57,674 nucleotides of DNA, taken from Raja brachyura (Eukaryota). Location of the stretch: positions 31,316,327-31,374,000 of the forward strand of contig OY740808.1 in the NCBI GenBank assembly GCA_963514005.1, in the 5' to 3' direction. The translations under genes were made by a program, and so were the position numbers. The number at the start of each line of letters is the position of its first letter. The first letter of the stretch is position 1. Below are positions 22,141 to 41,936 of this stretch, piece after piece. Below the pieces are notes generated by a model. That model was not told where the DNA came from. It worked only from the letters and a program-made list of their open reading frames with translations, and made no database searches.

Positions 22141-23225
22141 GGGAGATTCCAACCTGCCAAATTTGGCCTTGTATTTGATAAGATGAAACCCATCTACCCA
22201 TAAGGATCCTTAACGATTCATTATATGATGAAAAGGGGGCAGCTCAGAGAAAGATCATTAATTTCTGACTGATGTAGAAATCACATTCACCACATAATGA
22301 GATTCAGCATTTTAATGAAAAGACACTAAAATAAAGCAACCAACTTCTTGAGGAAATGAATATTTTACAACAACGTCCAGCAGCAAAAATTTTAAATTAT
22401 TCTCAGGTATTCTGTGATCATTAAACCAGAAAAATTAAGAGTTTTCATTTGTCACCGCAATGTAAGTTGTTGAATTAGCACAAGCAAATATTTCCAAATG
22501 GCATCTGAGAGACCGTTTCAAGGATGTTACTGGACAGCAATCCGTCAACTGTACAAAAATACAGACATGGAACACAAGAAGAGGCACATCACACGAGTAG
22601 CACAATGTAAATTATTTTTTGATAAGCTCTCTCTACTGAAGCAAAATAGGCACTGGCAGTTTATGACTTGATTGTAACAACGATAAAGTTGCCAAATAAA
22701 ATATAAATATTATAAATTAATAAATATTTTTTATCATACTTTATCCCAGCTGGAGCCTCTAATTTGAAAAGCATACAACTGCACGAGAACATACGAGTCA
22801 TCTGCTTAGTGCAAATATTTTATTATAATGTTTAATTTCATTGCTTTTGTTCTTTGACTCTGGTCTTCTATGAACCCAGCCCACTTCCTTCTCGTCTCTA
22901 TGTCTTTTCCCACCATTGTTGGGAATGCTTTCAACTGCTTTTATCCAAAAGATCTTTTCTAAATCTCTTTGACTCTTCCCTTTCCACCTGCTTAGAAATC
23001 AATTTTCAATTGTTTTAACTCTCCAAGCCTTCATTCTAATTATTTTGCTTTATGAAACACTTGGGTTTATATCGCACATTAAAGGCAATATATAAATATA
23101 AGTTATTATATTGGACAGGCACAATGTTAGACATATTTAATCATTTTAGTTTGTTTGTCGTGCACATAAAGTACAAAGCAACTTATTTACTTTGGGATTT
23201 GCTGTTGCTTTGCCTCTTTGCAGAA

Positions 23226-23865
23226 GGTGCAACATAGTGGCACAGCTGGTGGAGCTGCTGCCCAATTGCCCTGACCTGACAAATCAAACCTGACCTTGGA
23301 TGCTACCTGTGTGAGTTTGCACGTTCACCCCGTGACCATGTGGGTTTCCTCCAGGTAGTCTGGTTTCCTCCCACATAGAGTTATAGAGTGATACATCGTG
23401 GAAACAGGCCCTTCAGCCCAACTTGCCCATACCAGCCATCATGTCCCAGCTACATAGTCCCACCTGCCCACATTTAGCCCATATCCCTCCAAACCTGTCC
23501 TATCAAACATTACCTGTGTAACTGCTTCTTAAATCTTGGGATAGTCCCTGCCTTAACTAACTCTTCGGGCACCTTGTTCCATACACCCATTATCCTTTGT
23601 GTGAAAAAGTTATACCTCAGATTCCAATTAAATATTTTCCCGTTCATCTTAAACTTATGTCCTCTGTTCCTCGATTTCACCTCCTCTGGGCAATCTCAAA
23701 GACGCGAGTTTGTACGTTAATTGGCCTCTGTCAGGTGCCCCTAGTGTGTAAGGAGTGTTTACGAATGTAGGATCACATAGAACTAGTGTGAACAGATCAA
23801 TGATTGGTGTGGACTCAGTGGGCTGATGGACCTGTTTCCATGCTGTATCTCTAATCTAAAATAAA
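23226..23865 (+). mobile_element. V-SINE split by an antisense CR1 fragment
   Basis: SINE 23226-23376 (...ggtttcctcccacat) resumes at 23694 (tctcaaagacg...ttaattggcc). Confidence 0.82.
23374..23693 (-). mobile_element. CR1 3' end nested in V-SINE
   Basis: (catagagt)-type tail, ggaaacaggcccttcagccca, ttgttccatacaccca...gtgtgaaaaagtt. Confidence 0.8.
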
Positions 23866-23912
23866 TAGCTGTTTATGATTCAATGTATGATTGGAAATTA
23901 CTATTTCTTCAG

Positions 23913-23996
23913 AGGTTCTTGACTCGAAATGTCACCTATTCCTTTTCTCCAGAGATGCTGCCTGACCTGCTGAGTTACTCCAGCATTTTGTGTCTC
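23913..23996 (+). mobile_element. Penelope-derived short repeat, single arm
   Basis: aggttcttgactcgaaatgtcacctattccttttctccagagatgctgcctgacctgctgagttactccagc. Confidence 0.75.
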
Positions 23997-25217
23997 TCTC
24001 ATATGAGGCAATAGTATGTCCACGAGGGAAGAGCAATTCCAAAATGTATTTCTAGAAAGAAATCAAGAAGGATTTCAGTAGGGAACTCAGAGGGGAAAAA
24101 AAAAAAATTCTTCCATTGAATGTGTGAACTAGAACTCGCTATTTATTGAGAAGATTAAATAAAGATGTTGAGGGAAGGTTGGATAAGGGTACTTAAATAG
24201 GGGGGGTCAATTGTGATGAAATATGTCACATAAAGGAAATTAGGTGGAGGTTTGACTAGAGCATAATTTTGGCGTATCTTCAGGAACAGTTTATTCCTGT
24301 GCTGAATACTTTAATGATTTGTACACTATATTCTCGTATGTTTGTTCAAGCACCTAATAAAGAAATAACAACAGTTTTTTTTTCTCTTTATCTGCAAACT
24401 ATCTCCAGTGTTACCTTAAATAATAAATCTTGTCTTTCACGTCATTGGCCATGGAGTACGTTTGAGTGAAATGGACTGATGATTGTTGAGTTACAGATGT
24501 ATCACTAATATTAGGGTGAGAATTTTTTGTCTGCCTTGCCGTGATTTTGAGTAGCAGCTGTTTCAGTTGCATAAAGGTTACGTGTTAAAATGGAGAGGTG
24601 TGGCATGCTATGAAATAGTGATAGACGTGTTATAATACTGCAGCTGCATAATGCAATACATCGAGCCTATAGAGACTAAACAATGCCCTGCAGCAAATAA
24701 TGAAGCCAAAAAAACTCCATGGACTAAGTGTCATGGAATCAAAACCTGAAATGGTTTTTTATATATATATAAAATATATATATATATATAAAACAATATT
24801 TGTTTTGTTTTTTGAATGGGCAAAGTGAATCCTCCTTTCTACATTCACAATATTTAAGCTTTATCAGCATTGGGAACACACTTAACCTACTCCTAAAAGT
24901 TAGAATCACACTAAGGGAATGAACAAATGCCCTCTGATTCTGCTCTACAGCTGGTCTCAGACCAGAGGCACATAATGTATTTCACAGTAAGATGATGGGC
25001 AGCGAATGGTTTCTGAACAAACTCAAGACTGTTGATTGAGTATGTGCGACGGATTATATTAAAATATAATTTAGAAAAGGATTTTCTTTCTAAATGATTA
25101 TTGTATGAACATTTAATTTGCATACATGAAGCTCTTTTATCCTTTACATAGCAGTAATCCATTTAGAGCAAACAGGTTAATGGCATTTTTGGACATTAAT
25201 TATTTGCATACAATAAT

Positions 25218-25263
25218 TTTAAGTGCTAATATATTGAGCATTTAAGTGCTAATATTTTGAGCA
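25218..25263. repeat. 23-bp tandem duplication
   Basis: tttaagtgctaatatattgagca followed by tttaagtgctaatattttgagca. Confidence 0.8.
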
Positions 25264-28200
25264 TTCGTGTGAATGATTTATATTCAGCAATTACCCTTTA
25301 AACAAACAAAAATCTCTTTCACTGTTAGAAAAAGTTTTTATTTATATGTAGTACCAAATAATCGTGACATAAAAGGCTTCATCAAGTTATATGATCATAC
25401 ACCCCATGAGACAGAAATAGTAGGATTGATTTTGAATTTGGCATCTGAAACTGGAATTGTCATCTATTGTAGTATACACAGACTATTCTATTCAATTCAT
25501 CTGATTATAATAGAAATGAAAATTATGGAGAATTCACAAAGGACAGTTGATTTATAATGACAGTCTTACCCCAGGTTATGTTAAAAAGAGTCAAACTTTA
25601 GACAGATTTATGTCACTGGTAATTGGATATCTAAATTATTTTACTGTACCATTAGATAATCAAATAAATAGGTAATCAAATAAACCTATTTTGCAAAGTA
25701 ACTGAATAAAAACCTTATAGGATGGATCTAATGCTCAAAATTAGGCACTTGAAATTACACTAAGCAAATACTTATTATTTAACAAACCACTTAACATCTT
25801 CACATTAAATAGATTACTGCTTTGTTGATATAGCAAACAACAGACTCTCATACAGTGTTAGTACATTAATATTTTCACAGCATCATTTTAAGCCGATGGC
25901 TTTTTAAACATCTAAGGCCTTCACTAAATCATCGCTATGGGTGATTCTCAGTCTTTACGTTCAGGAGACAGTATGTGCCGTTTTAAAGCCATACAACAGA
26001 TGGAAGTAAACATTACATTTGTGTATTTTAGTAAACACTTGTTAGTGAATGAAGTATCCAACAAATTTGAGTAGGTCAGTGCAAAATACTTCCAGGAAAG
26101 TGTTTTGGCCAATATATATATATTTTTTCCAAAAGCTTTTGTCAAAACTTCAAGTTGCATAACTGTACATAGGAACAGAAGAAATCATCTATCCACGTAT
26201 CATATTGGAAAGGCTCTTTACTTCATGAAAAATATGGTTTTATGTTTTTTGGGGCGTGTTTCCTTGTTGATATTCAAGCAGGAAAGTCCTGTTCTTTTGT
26301 CATGATACTTAAACACCCAAATCTCTATATCTATTATATATATATATACACACACACATAAAGTCCGAAAATGTAATTAGAGCCTTGTTGAATCACATTA
26401 CATGATTTTGTTTCATATATTCATCCTGAGATGCTCTGCTGAGGTATCACACACATATTGATCCTGAATGCGGTATAAAAAAAAGGGACCTGCTCTTAAG
26501 GTAGACTGCAGCCTTGGCTGCACATAAGTGGGCATCCAGTAACAGTAGAAAGTTGCATTTGGGACAAAAAATACACCAACCCAACTTAGAGCCTATTGAC
26601 TTCTATTTGCGCACATGTTGGCAAGTCAGAATTGCCTATATCTCTTTGCAGAAGGTGCAGGGAGGTTATGACACCTAGTTCTCCCAGTTCTCACTTGCTC
26701 ACTCTTATTAATAGACTAACTAACAATGGGAGTCCACCTTGTGTGTGCCAAGAAAACCATCGCGTGTTACCTACATGCTACTGAAATCTATTGTACTCCA
26801 ATACACTTTGTAAGTATGTGGCCACCTTAGTGTTTCCATGCATTTGTTGCACTGCTATAAGTGTATTCAAGCAGTGGAACAGCATTGGGCACACCATAAC
26901 GGATAAGTTGAACGTACAGTCTCCAATAATAATTTTACCATCGTGGGCCACACGAATGTTTGTATTTTGCATTTTATCTCACATTACCCGATAAATACAT
27001 TGTAGAACCTAACTTAATGTTATGAGATATGTATCATGTAAGGGATAGGTGTTGCCTAACAGACGGCAACAGGTGATGCTGTCCTTGTATGGACCATTAG
27101 CAGTTGCTCACTGAAAGGACAAGTGAACCAAAGTGAATCCTCTTCAAGGCTACTGTTCCCTGTAACGATGTCCTAGTTATACGGAGTAGGCTGTGTAGGT
27201 TTCCTGACACCAGGCTCCCTAAACTTCTACTCCACTCCAAACTCTGTCACGGGAACAGATTACCAGGCAGACAAAAGAAAAGATTCAAAGATGAGGAAAT
27301 GCAACATTCCCCACTGACCTCTGTGAATCTCAGGTTCATAACCATTCAAAGTGGAGATGAAACACTGAGGATGGTATTGAGAACTGTGACATAGTGCGAC
27401 AAGGAGCACAACAAAGTCTTGTGTGAGCAACAGAAGGAGATGTCCACCTCGGAAACCAAACACCCTCCACCCTGTTGGCCACCATCAGTCCCAGGAAGAA
27501 CCTGTGGTTCCTACAATAACCTCATCAGGCACCTGAGCATCCAAAAAGACTGAATGAGAGTATCTCATCCTCCAAGTCACAGGACGGCCTAAGAAGAGGA
27601 AGCTCGCACTTGCCTTAAACAATCCAAGTGGAGTATAAAAGTGTGCAACATTTGACAATAACTCAGACATTTGCGCAACATAAATATTAAATATTTTTGA
27701 TGTATGCAATGCATTAAACTTACCCAGTTTCTGTCCTCCATCTCTGTACTTTCTCCAGACTGACCATGGTGTTGGTCCATTCCTCCATTCCTCAACGTCA
27801 CAAAGTTCAGGAATATTGCCATCACCATTTCCATCTCACGACCTGGTCCATAACACGGGTGAATCCTCGCTGCCAGTATCCATGACTCACTCATTAACCC
27901 AACCAATACTTTGATCCAGGTAGATTCTTCCCTTTGTTCTTTCCATCCCCCCACCTCCCTCTGTACAATTTAAAATCTATTAGTCCCCCCCCCACCCCAA
28001 TTCAGATTGACAATTCCACACGCTCCACTCCATTCTCGTTTCCCACAAATGCCTCCAGATGTACTTTGTGTTTCCAGCCCATGTTCTGTTTTTATTTCTG
28101 ATTTCCGGCATCTACGCGCTTTGTATTGTTTTTTTAAAATCGCGGTTTAATTAACCATCTGCACCAATGATCTTGGTAAGTAAGGCCCTGTGAAGTTCGC

Positions 28201-28660
28201 TTTGCCTGTTAATTATCTTGGGCGGTATCACTGCAGTCAAAGTGCTGCAGATATGCAGGTTGTTGCGCGTTAACCCGAGGGTGGTGTTTGATCTGAATTG
28301 GCCACCAGGAGACACGTCAGCGCTTTGGAGACAACTCCTCGCAGATGCTGGTCAATATACTTGGGGGCAAGTGCACTAGAAACTCCACGACCTGCTGAAC
28401 AAAGCCTCAGGTGCTAATATATTAAACGAAAAAAAAAACCTCACTGTATATAGAGCAAAAAACAGACTGTTCGATGAATTCAACAGGCCAGGCAGTATTT
28501 GCAAAACCCAATCGACAAATAACTTTAAGGATAGAGATCCCGTCTTCAGTCCCACATCTGCGGTCCTTCGTGAGCCCCCATCTCTCCAAAGGGCATTTTA
28601 CGAACGAAAACTAAAAAACAACGGATTTTAAACGTGCGTCGAACTTGAGATTTGCTCTGA

Positions 28661-28760
28661 AGATTGACAAAGTCCTGGAGTTGACTAACTCAGCGGGACA
28701 GGCAGCATCGCTGGAGAGAAGGAACGAATAAGACTTCGGTCGGAACCCTTCTTCAGACTG
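28661..28760 (-). mobile_element. Penelope-derived short repeat, single arm; last TE seen before tbx3
   Basis: taactcagcgggacaggcagcatcgctggagagaagg...cccttcttcagact. Confidence 0.78.
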
Positions 28761-28999
28761 GGAGTCGGGGGGGGGGGGGGGCGGGGGGGAAAGAGTCAGA
28801 TTTGATCTGTCGGAAAATGCCATTCGCTTCTCTTGTACTTAGCCCTTCTATAAGCTGCTGTTATTTTAAATATATATATTTTTTTAAGTCAACATCCCGT
28901 CAACGGAAGAGAGATGCATCAGATAATTACATTGTGAAGTGCCATCTTGTACTTGAAACCAACTTCTCATTTATCGAGCAATCTGAATACAGCTGTTTA

Positions 29000-29720
29000 C
29001 AAAATGAAAGAGGCGTCTGAGCGATGTTGAAAGATATGATAGCGGACGTTTTATATTCTGCCGCCTTTTCATGATGTTTCCAACTGCGAGTCGGTTTATT
29101 ATTTTCATTCGGGCGGTGCCAACGGGATAGACCCCTACAGGACCCCCCCTCCCATCACTCCCTCCCTCCCATCTGCAGCGCGTTGAACGCTTTTGCAGAT
29201 CAGCTATGGAGGTTATCTGGTACTGGAGCTCCGCCAAGTGGAATGTATGCGAGCATTCACTTCGCCGGGGCCAAATGCACAGAGTGATCGGGCAGCCTTT
29301 GTTATGACCTCGACGCGAGTCAAGAGGCAATTTGGAGAGCGCTCCACCGTGCCCCGGCTGGCCTCCGTGAAGCTGTGCCCCCGGAGCTGCGTTTGGTGGG
29401 TGCGCCCAGCCCAGTCTGTGCACATTCAAGCCCGCAGGCAAGCCCAGTGCCCCCCCCCCCCCTAGCCATTGTTCCGAGGTGTGGAAAGGGTCAGCGCGGC
29501 TGGACACCCCGGCGTCAGTCGTCTGTCAAGCGAACCGGTTGCCAAAAGGAAAGGCTTGTCGCTCCGGTTGAAACAAACTAATTGACACCTCCCTATAGAT
29601 GGCGCCTCACGCTTCATCGGCTGCAGTAAATCTGCCGGCCGGTTCTGACCCGGCTGAGTAATAGAATGAAGCTGAGGAGAACACACACCTCATCGACATT
29701 TATTAACTACGCGTGGTCCT
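29000..29720. other. CpG-island-like region 3' of tbx3
   Basis: Visibly GC- and CpG-rich, non-repetitive, no credible ORF; not computed formally. Confidence 0.55.
29592..29605 (+). promoter_or_regulatory. CTCF core motif
   Basis: CCTATAGATGGCGC versus consensus CCASYAGRKGGCRS, inside a CpG-rich stretch. Confidence 0.5.
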
Positions 29721-30825
29721 CTGAATTGATCATTATCGCCGTATGTACTTACCAGTCGGCTGTCGACCTATTTAGTAGACTTTGTAACATCACGTCGTAT
29801 TACTTCAATTTGCACTTGAGTTTCAGTTTGTTTATCTGGTTTGGCAAATTTCCTATCAATTTAAATTTTAGGAGGAAATTATTTCAGAATTGTTTCCCTG
29901 ATATTTTTATTTAATTTGGTATGTCGGGTTTTTTTTCCTGCAAATCTACAGGTTAGAATCTTCACCTGTACGTTCTTGCCCAACTTCACATCAAAGTGAC
30001 ACATCAGATTAATTTGAACGTGAGTTTTCTCTTGATCTCGACGTCAGGCTAAGAATCCAACCTGTATAGTTGCGGCAGGATATAATTGAAAAGTAAAATT
30101 ATCGTGACTTATGTGAGATATACAAAAATAAGGTATTCTCAGCGGATAAAGAATAGTTTTGTGAATAAATAAAACTTATATATCCGGCGTTTACTGTTAT
30201 TTAAACGGTTGTAAAAGTAAAATTACAAAATAGCTATAATGGCTGCAGCTTGGCAGTGCGCGGCTCAATAATTAAATAAAAAGGGGTCCTACGGGAAATT
30301 AAATGGCCTCATTCATAAAATACCTCCTCTGTGACGTGCAGGGCCTATATATTGAGCCATCAAACCACACCACCGTATTAATTTGATCTTCTCCAGACCG
30401 CAGAAGATTTGAAAATATATTGTAGTCATTCTAAATAATGAACCCATCGCGTTTTTCCCCCTGACAATTAATTTTCAAATAGGCGCAGTTATTTTGAAAT
30501 ATATTTTCAATCATTCTTCGATTTTTAATATTACAGCTAGCGGAGTTATGAAGGAAATTGTACATTTTTTTTAATGTAACTTTATAAAATAACTAATCTC
30601 AGCTTCAGGCCAATTTTTTGGAGGTATTGTTGCACTAATTATGCTGCACGTTGTATCCCAACAATTGCACCCCCCTCCCCCCCCCCCAAAAAAAATAAGG
30701 GGGTAATGAAACGATATTCAATTCTACATCTAGACATGCGAGCCTGCGATGATTTTTTTACGCAGACTGGCCATGGAGTGACCTTTCCACTCTGCCCGGG
30801 TCAGTGAGATTATTGAGAGCGCTAA

Positions 30826-30839
30826 CCCCTAGATGGCGC
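30826..30839 (+). promoter_or_regulatory. CTCF core motif
   Basis: CCCCTAGATGGCGC(T), one mismatch to CCASYAGRKGGCRS. Confidence 0.6.
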
Positions 30840-32502
30840 TCAGTGACCAGGGTAAAGTCCCAAGCTGTTGAAATCACACATCAGATCAGCGGAGGCGCCA
30901 GGTGAGTTGATACACTGTGATAAAACGAGCAGAGTGCACATTGTTTACCTTGATACAGGAGCGCCGCTGAGGTTATTTATTAACATCACCGTCAACAGGT
31001 CAGCGGACATTGTTCCCGCGTCATCTTCGGCTTGAAAAGTTAACTTTAAAAATAAAATAGTACTTTATGGACGTTTCATAAGTTTTCAAGGGATGGCGCT
31101 TTGAAAAAGGTTACGTTTTCTAAATAAATTGGGTTAGTTGCTCAGACATTCGCAGGTTACTAGCCCCAATTGGATTTAAAATTAAACAAGTTAGGGCGTG
31201 AGTTGCATACATCATAAATAAGAAAACAGTCAACGCAGTCTGCAACCCGGCTGCCCTTTCGCTCTGGGGATTTGCCTTCTCTCCATGAAACTGACATTAC
31301 ATATGTTTCTTTACGTGACCACAACATTTTGATTAGTCCCCTCGTTCATTAAGGTAAAAAACACACTTGTATTTCCAGAAACGTGGTATTGAGAATGCCG
31401 CAAGGCTCCTGCTCTTTTGTTGCGGGGGGGAACAAAATGTAGATTCCACTGTCTGTGTCTGTTAGACGACATTAAATGCGCCCTCGCGAATGTATCATGT
31501 GGTCTGGTCTGGTGGCTTTCAAATTCTAACCTCGAGAACACAGATCTGAAATCGTGATATCAGATGTGGGGGTGGGGAGAGGTAATTTTGAATAAGAATG
31601 TTACCCTATTCCTTTAAATAAAACACAGCATTCTCCAGCGGAGAAATACCGCGTTGTTTTATGTCCACTGATGCTTTAGTGAAACAAATTGCGTCTTCAC
31701 TACAAATGAGGATGGATATACCATCAACATAAGCCTCTGTAGAAAGAGGTAGAAAGTTACTGTGGCAAATTCTCTACGGCCTTTACAGTGGGAATGCTGG
31801 GCGGTGTTTAAAAGTGGGAAATAGATATGTGCAGCGTTTGGTTAAATGATACTCAAAGCTGTTTAGCAGGAGTAATGCAGAAGCACATTGAGGTGGCACA
31901 ATAAAATTGGAAGGTTACGTGGCAAAGTGTGAATGCAGTTTACACAGTACAGTGGGAAGAATATTTTATGTTGGGAAATTGGTGCACTACAATGGAGAGG
32001 ATACATAAGCATCCTCTGTGTGATACAGATAATTAGATCATATTTATGATTGGGAATAAGTTTATGGAACATAGTGTGGAGGTGATGTCACACATTTGCA
32101 AACATAGAATATATTAGGGGACTATTTAACAAACTGCAAAGTAGGTTTAAATGAGAGTGGGTAGGATACGTTTACAGTTGAAAAGGGACGTTGTGTGGTG
32201 CGGTAGCAAGGGATATAGTTGAATGGAGAGTGAAGTAAGTAAGGCCAGATAACACAGTGGAGAATGTAGGAAGGACAATGGGCAACCCTGCGAAAGGATA
32301 CATTTCTGATCAGTAACCTGAAATTCACAGAACCACTTCTAAGAAATTGCATATCTTAACAGCAAGGATGAACGAACGCCTTTTAAATTTGAGGATTAAT
32401 TGTCAAGTAAAATAATGATCTCACAAAATTCATCTGCGGGGGGGCTGTACAATTGAATGGAGGTTTGATTGGAATAATAGGTACAAGAGACTTGGATAAA
32501 AA

Positions 32503-32508
32503 TTTATT
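32503..32508 (-). terminator. Candidate tbx3 polyadenylation signal AATAAA
   Basis: TTTATT on + strand ~770 nt past the stop codon, followed on the minus strand by U-rich sequence. Alternative AATAAA copies lie at ~32597-32606. Confidence 0.5.
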
Positions 32509-33275
32509 GAAACATTTTATGAGAACTTCAAAGCAAAACAAATAGTACAAGAAAACCAAGAAAATTCAATATTTTATAACACAAAATATACCTTCATTTA
32601 TTTATTTTAACTCTCGGCACTTTCAAGCTGTAAGCATAAAATTTCCATTCCTTTCGACACACCAAGTACCCCACCCTCCCCCAAAAGCATCTTCATTACT
32701 TTTCAAGCAACAGGTGAGCTTGTGTATTTTTTTGTTACTCTAAACTGTAAAGACAGTAGCACTTTAACACTGAAACAATGATAAAAGCTAAAAATGGCAC
32801 ATCTTGTACTCTACAAAGGTTTTGTTTTTAATGTTGGAAGGTAACACATTACTAGGTAAAATAGTGGTAACAATGCCGGCATTCTGATTAATAGGGAGTT
32901 GTACTGAAATGGGTATGACTAACAAATAAAGGCTTGCAGCCTTATATACAGATGTATGTACAACAACAATAAATTAAAGAATAATTTTGAGTATTCTAAT
33001 TTCAGTATATTTACACGTTATCAAATAATTACATAAATACTTTATAATAGTCTCCGTTTCCTTCTGTTATTGCATATATATGAAAAGCAGATTGACATCT
33101 ACAACCCAGCTACCAATGGTGTCCTGAAACTCCCATCTTCCACTTTTCGGCTACTTTTTGTCGCTAATCTGCGAAACTCGATATGATCAAGGCTCTACGA
33201 TAACATTAAAAAAAGAAACCAGACAATACGTGTGTGACATGCAAAGCCTTGTGGCTTTCGGCCATCACCATCCTA

Positions 33276-40812
<7,537 letters not shown>

Positions 40813-41011
40813 CCACTCTCCAGATCTCTGCCGCACGATCACTTATAAGCGGGGCATTTTTGTTGATAATATTATTGTTTCTCTTCTTCTTCACATTAAC
40901 AGAAAGTAAGACTGGTTGGCGGTGGCAGAGCCGAGACGCATCTCTCCAAACAGTCCACTCTGATCTTTCTCTATGTGTGTGTGTGTATGTGTGCGTGTTG
41001 CGAATAGCTGA

Positions 41012-41055
41012 GCCCTGTTGATTGGCTATTTGACGCTTTCGGACCAATTGTGTGG
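41012..41055 (-). promoter_or_regulatory. Double CCAAT element in tbx3 proximal promoter/5' UTR
   Basis: Minus strand CACAATTGGTCCGAAAGCGTCAAATAGCCAATCAAC has two opposed CCAAT boxes (41021-41025, 41044-41048) ~210 nt upstream of the ATG. It resembles, from memory, the corresponding mammalian TBX3 5' sequence. Confidence 0.55.
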
Positions 41056-41607
41056 CTCCATAGGCGTGGTTTTGACAACTAAAGCCGGGGATAGATGAGT
41101 TATAAAAAGAAGGTGTCGGAAACTGTAACGTACAGCGAGCATCACTACTTCAGCCGTGTGAATATGTCAACATCATTATGGGGGGGGGGGGGGGTGGGGG
41201 GGTAATGGAGTGGGCGAGAACCAATGGGAGTGCCTTGGGCCGCCTCAGGTGCCCTTTACGCCACCGAGTACCAGGAAATCGACAAGAAATCATCTCTGTT
41301 CACAGGCAAGCCCGGCTCGGAGACGGACTCCAAAAGCTGGAGTAAATCAGCGGGTCAACCGGCCCCACTTGCCCCATCCCTGCCGTTACGTTACGTGCTT
41401 TTGCTTCCGAAACATCACTGCTCCCTCCTCAACAATCTGCCGCCTACAAATGCCAGCTTGGACCATTACCATTTTATTTATATTCAATATTGTTTTTCTG
41501 TAATATATATATATATTCATTTTGTGCTGCTTTGTCTTCCCCGGGCCTCTGCGGCAGAGAGCGATTAGTGCGTTTTAACAAAAGCAAGCAAGGCCGCAGT
41601 GCTTAGA

Positions 41608-41626
41608 TTTTATTTATGTATTGGCC
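41608..41626 (-). promoter_or_regulatory. Candidate core promoter (CCAAT + TATA-like CATAAATA)
   Basis: Minus strand GGCCAATACATAAATAAAA about 0.8 kb upstream of the ATG in CpG-rich sequence. Confidence 0.35.
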
Positions 41627-41684
41627 ACGCTTTCAAACAACAACGAATAGCCTCATTTAACGAGGTGATTTAATTATCAGGACA

Positions 41685-41701
41685 TGGCGCCTAATGGGCT
41701 G
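41685..41701 (+). promoter_or_regulatory. Candidate BMP-responsive element (Smad1/5 + Smad4)
   Basis: TGGCGCC-TAATG-GGCTG: GGCGCC, 5-nt spacer, GNCT. Confidence 0.45.
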
Positions 41702-41722
41702 CACTTGCTAAAAGACCAAGGG

Positions 41723-41743
41723 CTCTCTCCTCTCTCTCTCCCC

Positions 41744-41777
<34 letters not shown>
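41723..41777. repeat. (CT)n microsatellite upstream of tbx3
   Basis: Direct reading; a second (CT)n tract lies at 42110-42151. Confidence 0.9.
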
Positions 41778-41921
41778 TTCGCTCTATCGGAGTGCTGCTG
41801 CAAAAAGATTTGTAACAGCTAAGCAATCCCATCGGCTAAACGCACGGAGATAGGAGCGGAACATCTAAAGTGATTATCTCTTGTAACATTGCATTTTGGA
41901 CGCACATGTTTAAGGGCGCTC

Positions 41922-41936
41922 GGCGCCAGCTCGCTG
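41922..41936 (+). promoter_or_regulatory. Second candidate BMP-responsive element
   Basis: GGCGCC-AGCTC-GCTG: GGCGCC, 5-nt spacer, GCTG (CAGC on the other strand). Confidence 0.35.

Noticed and set aside
27255-27630. Coding-looking stretch with an RPKKRK motif in one frame
   Set aside because: Stops in frame and no family recognised; perhaps an old TE remnant but unsupported.
28971-29686. ORFs up to 178 aa in the CpG-rich region
   Set aside because: No homology recognised; explained by GC content.
32617-32766. GCACTTT miR-17 family seed matches in the 3' UTR region
   Set aside because: They are on the + strand, antisense to the tbx3 mRNA.
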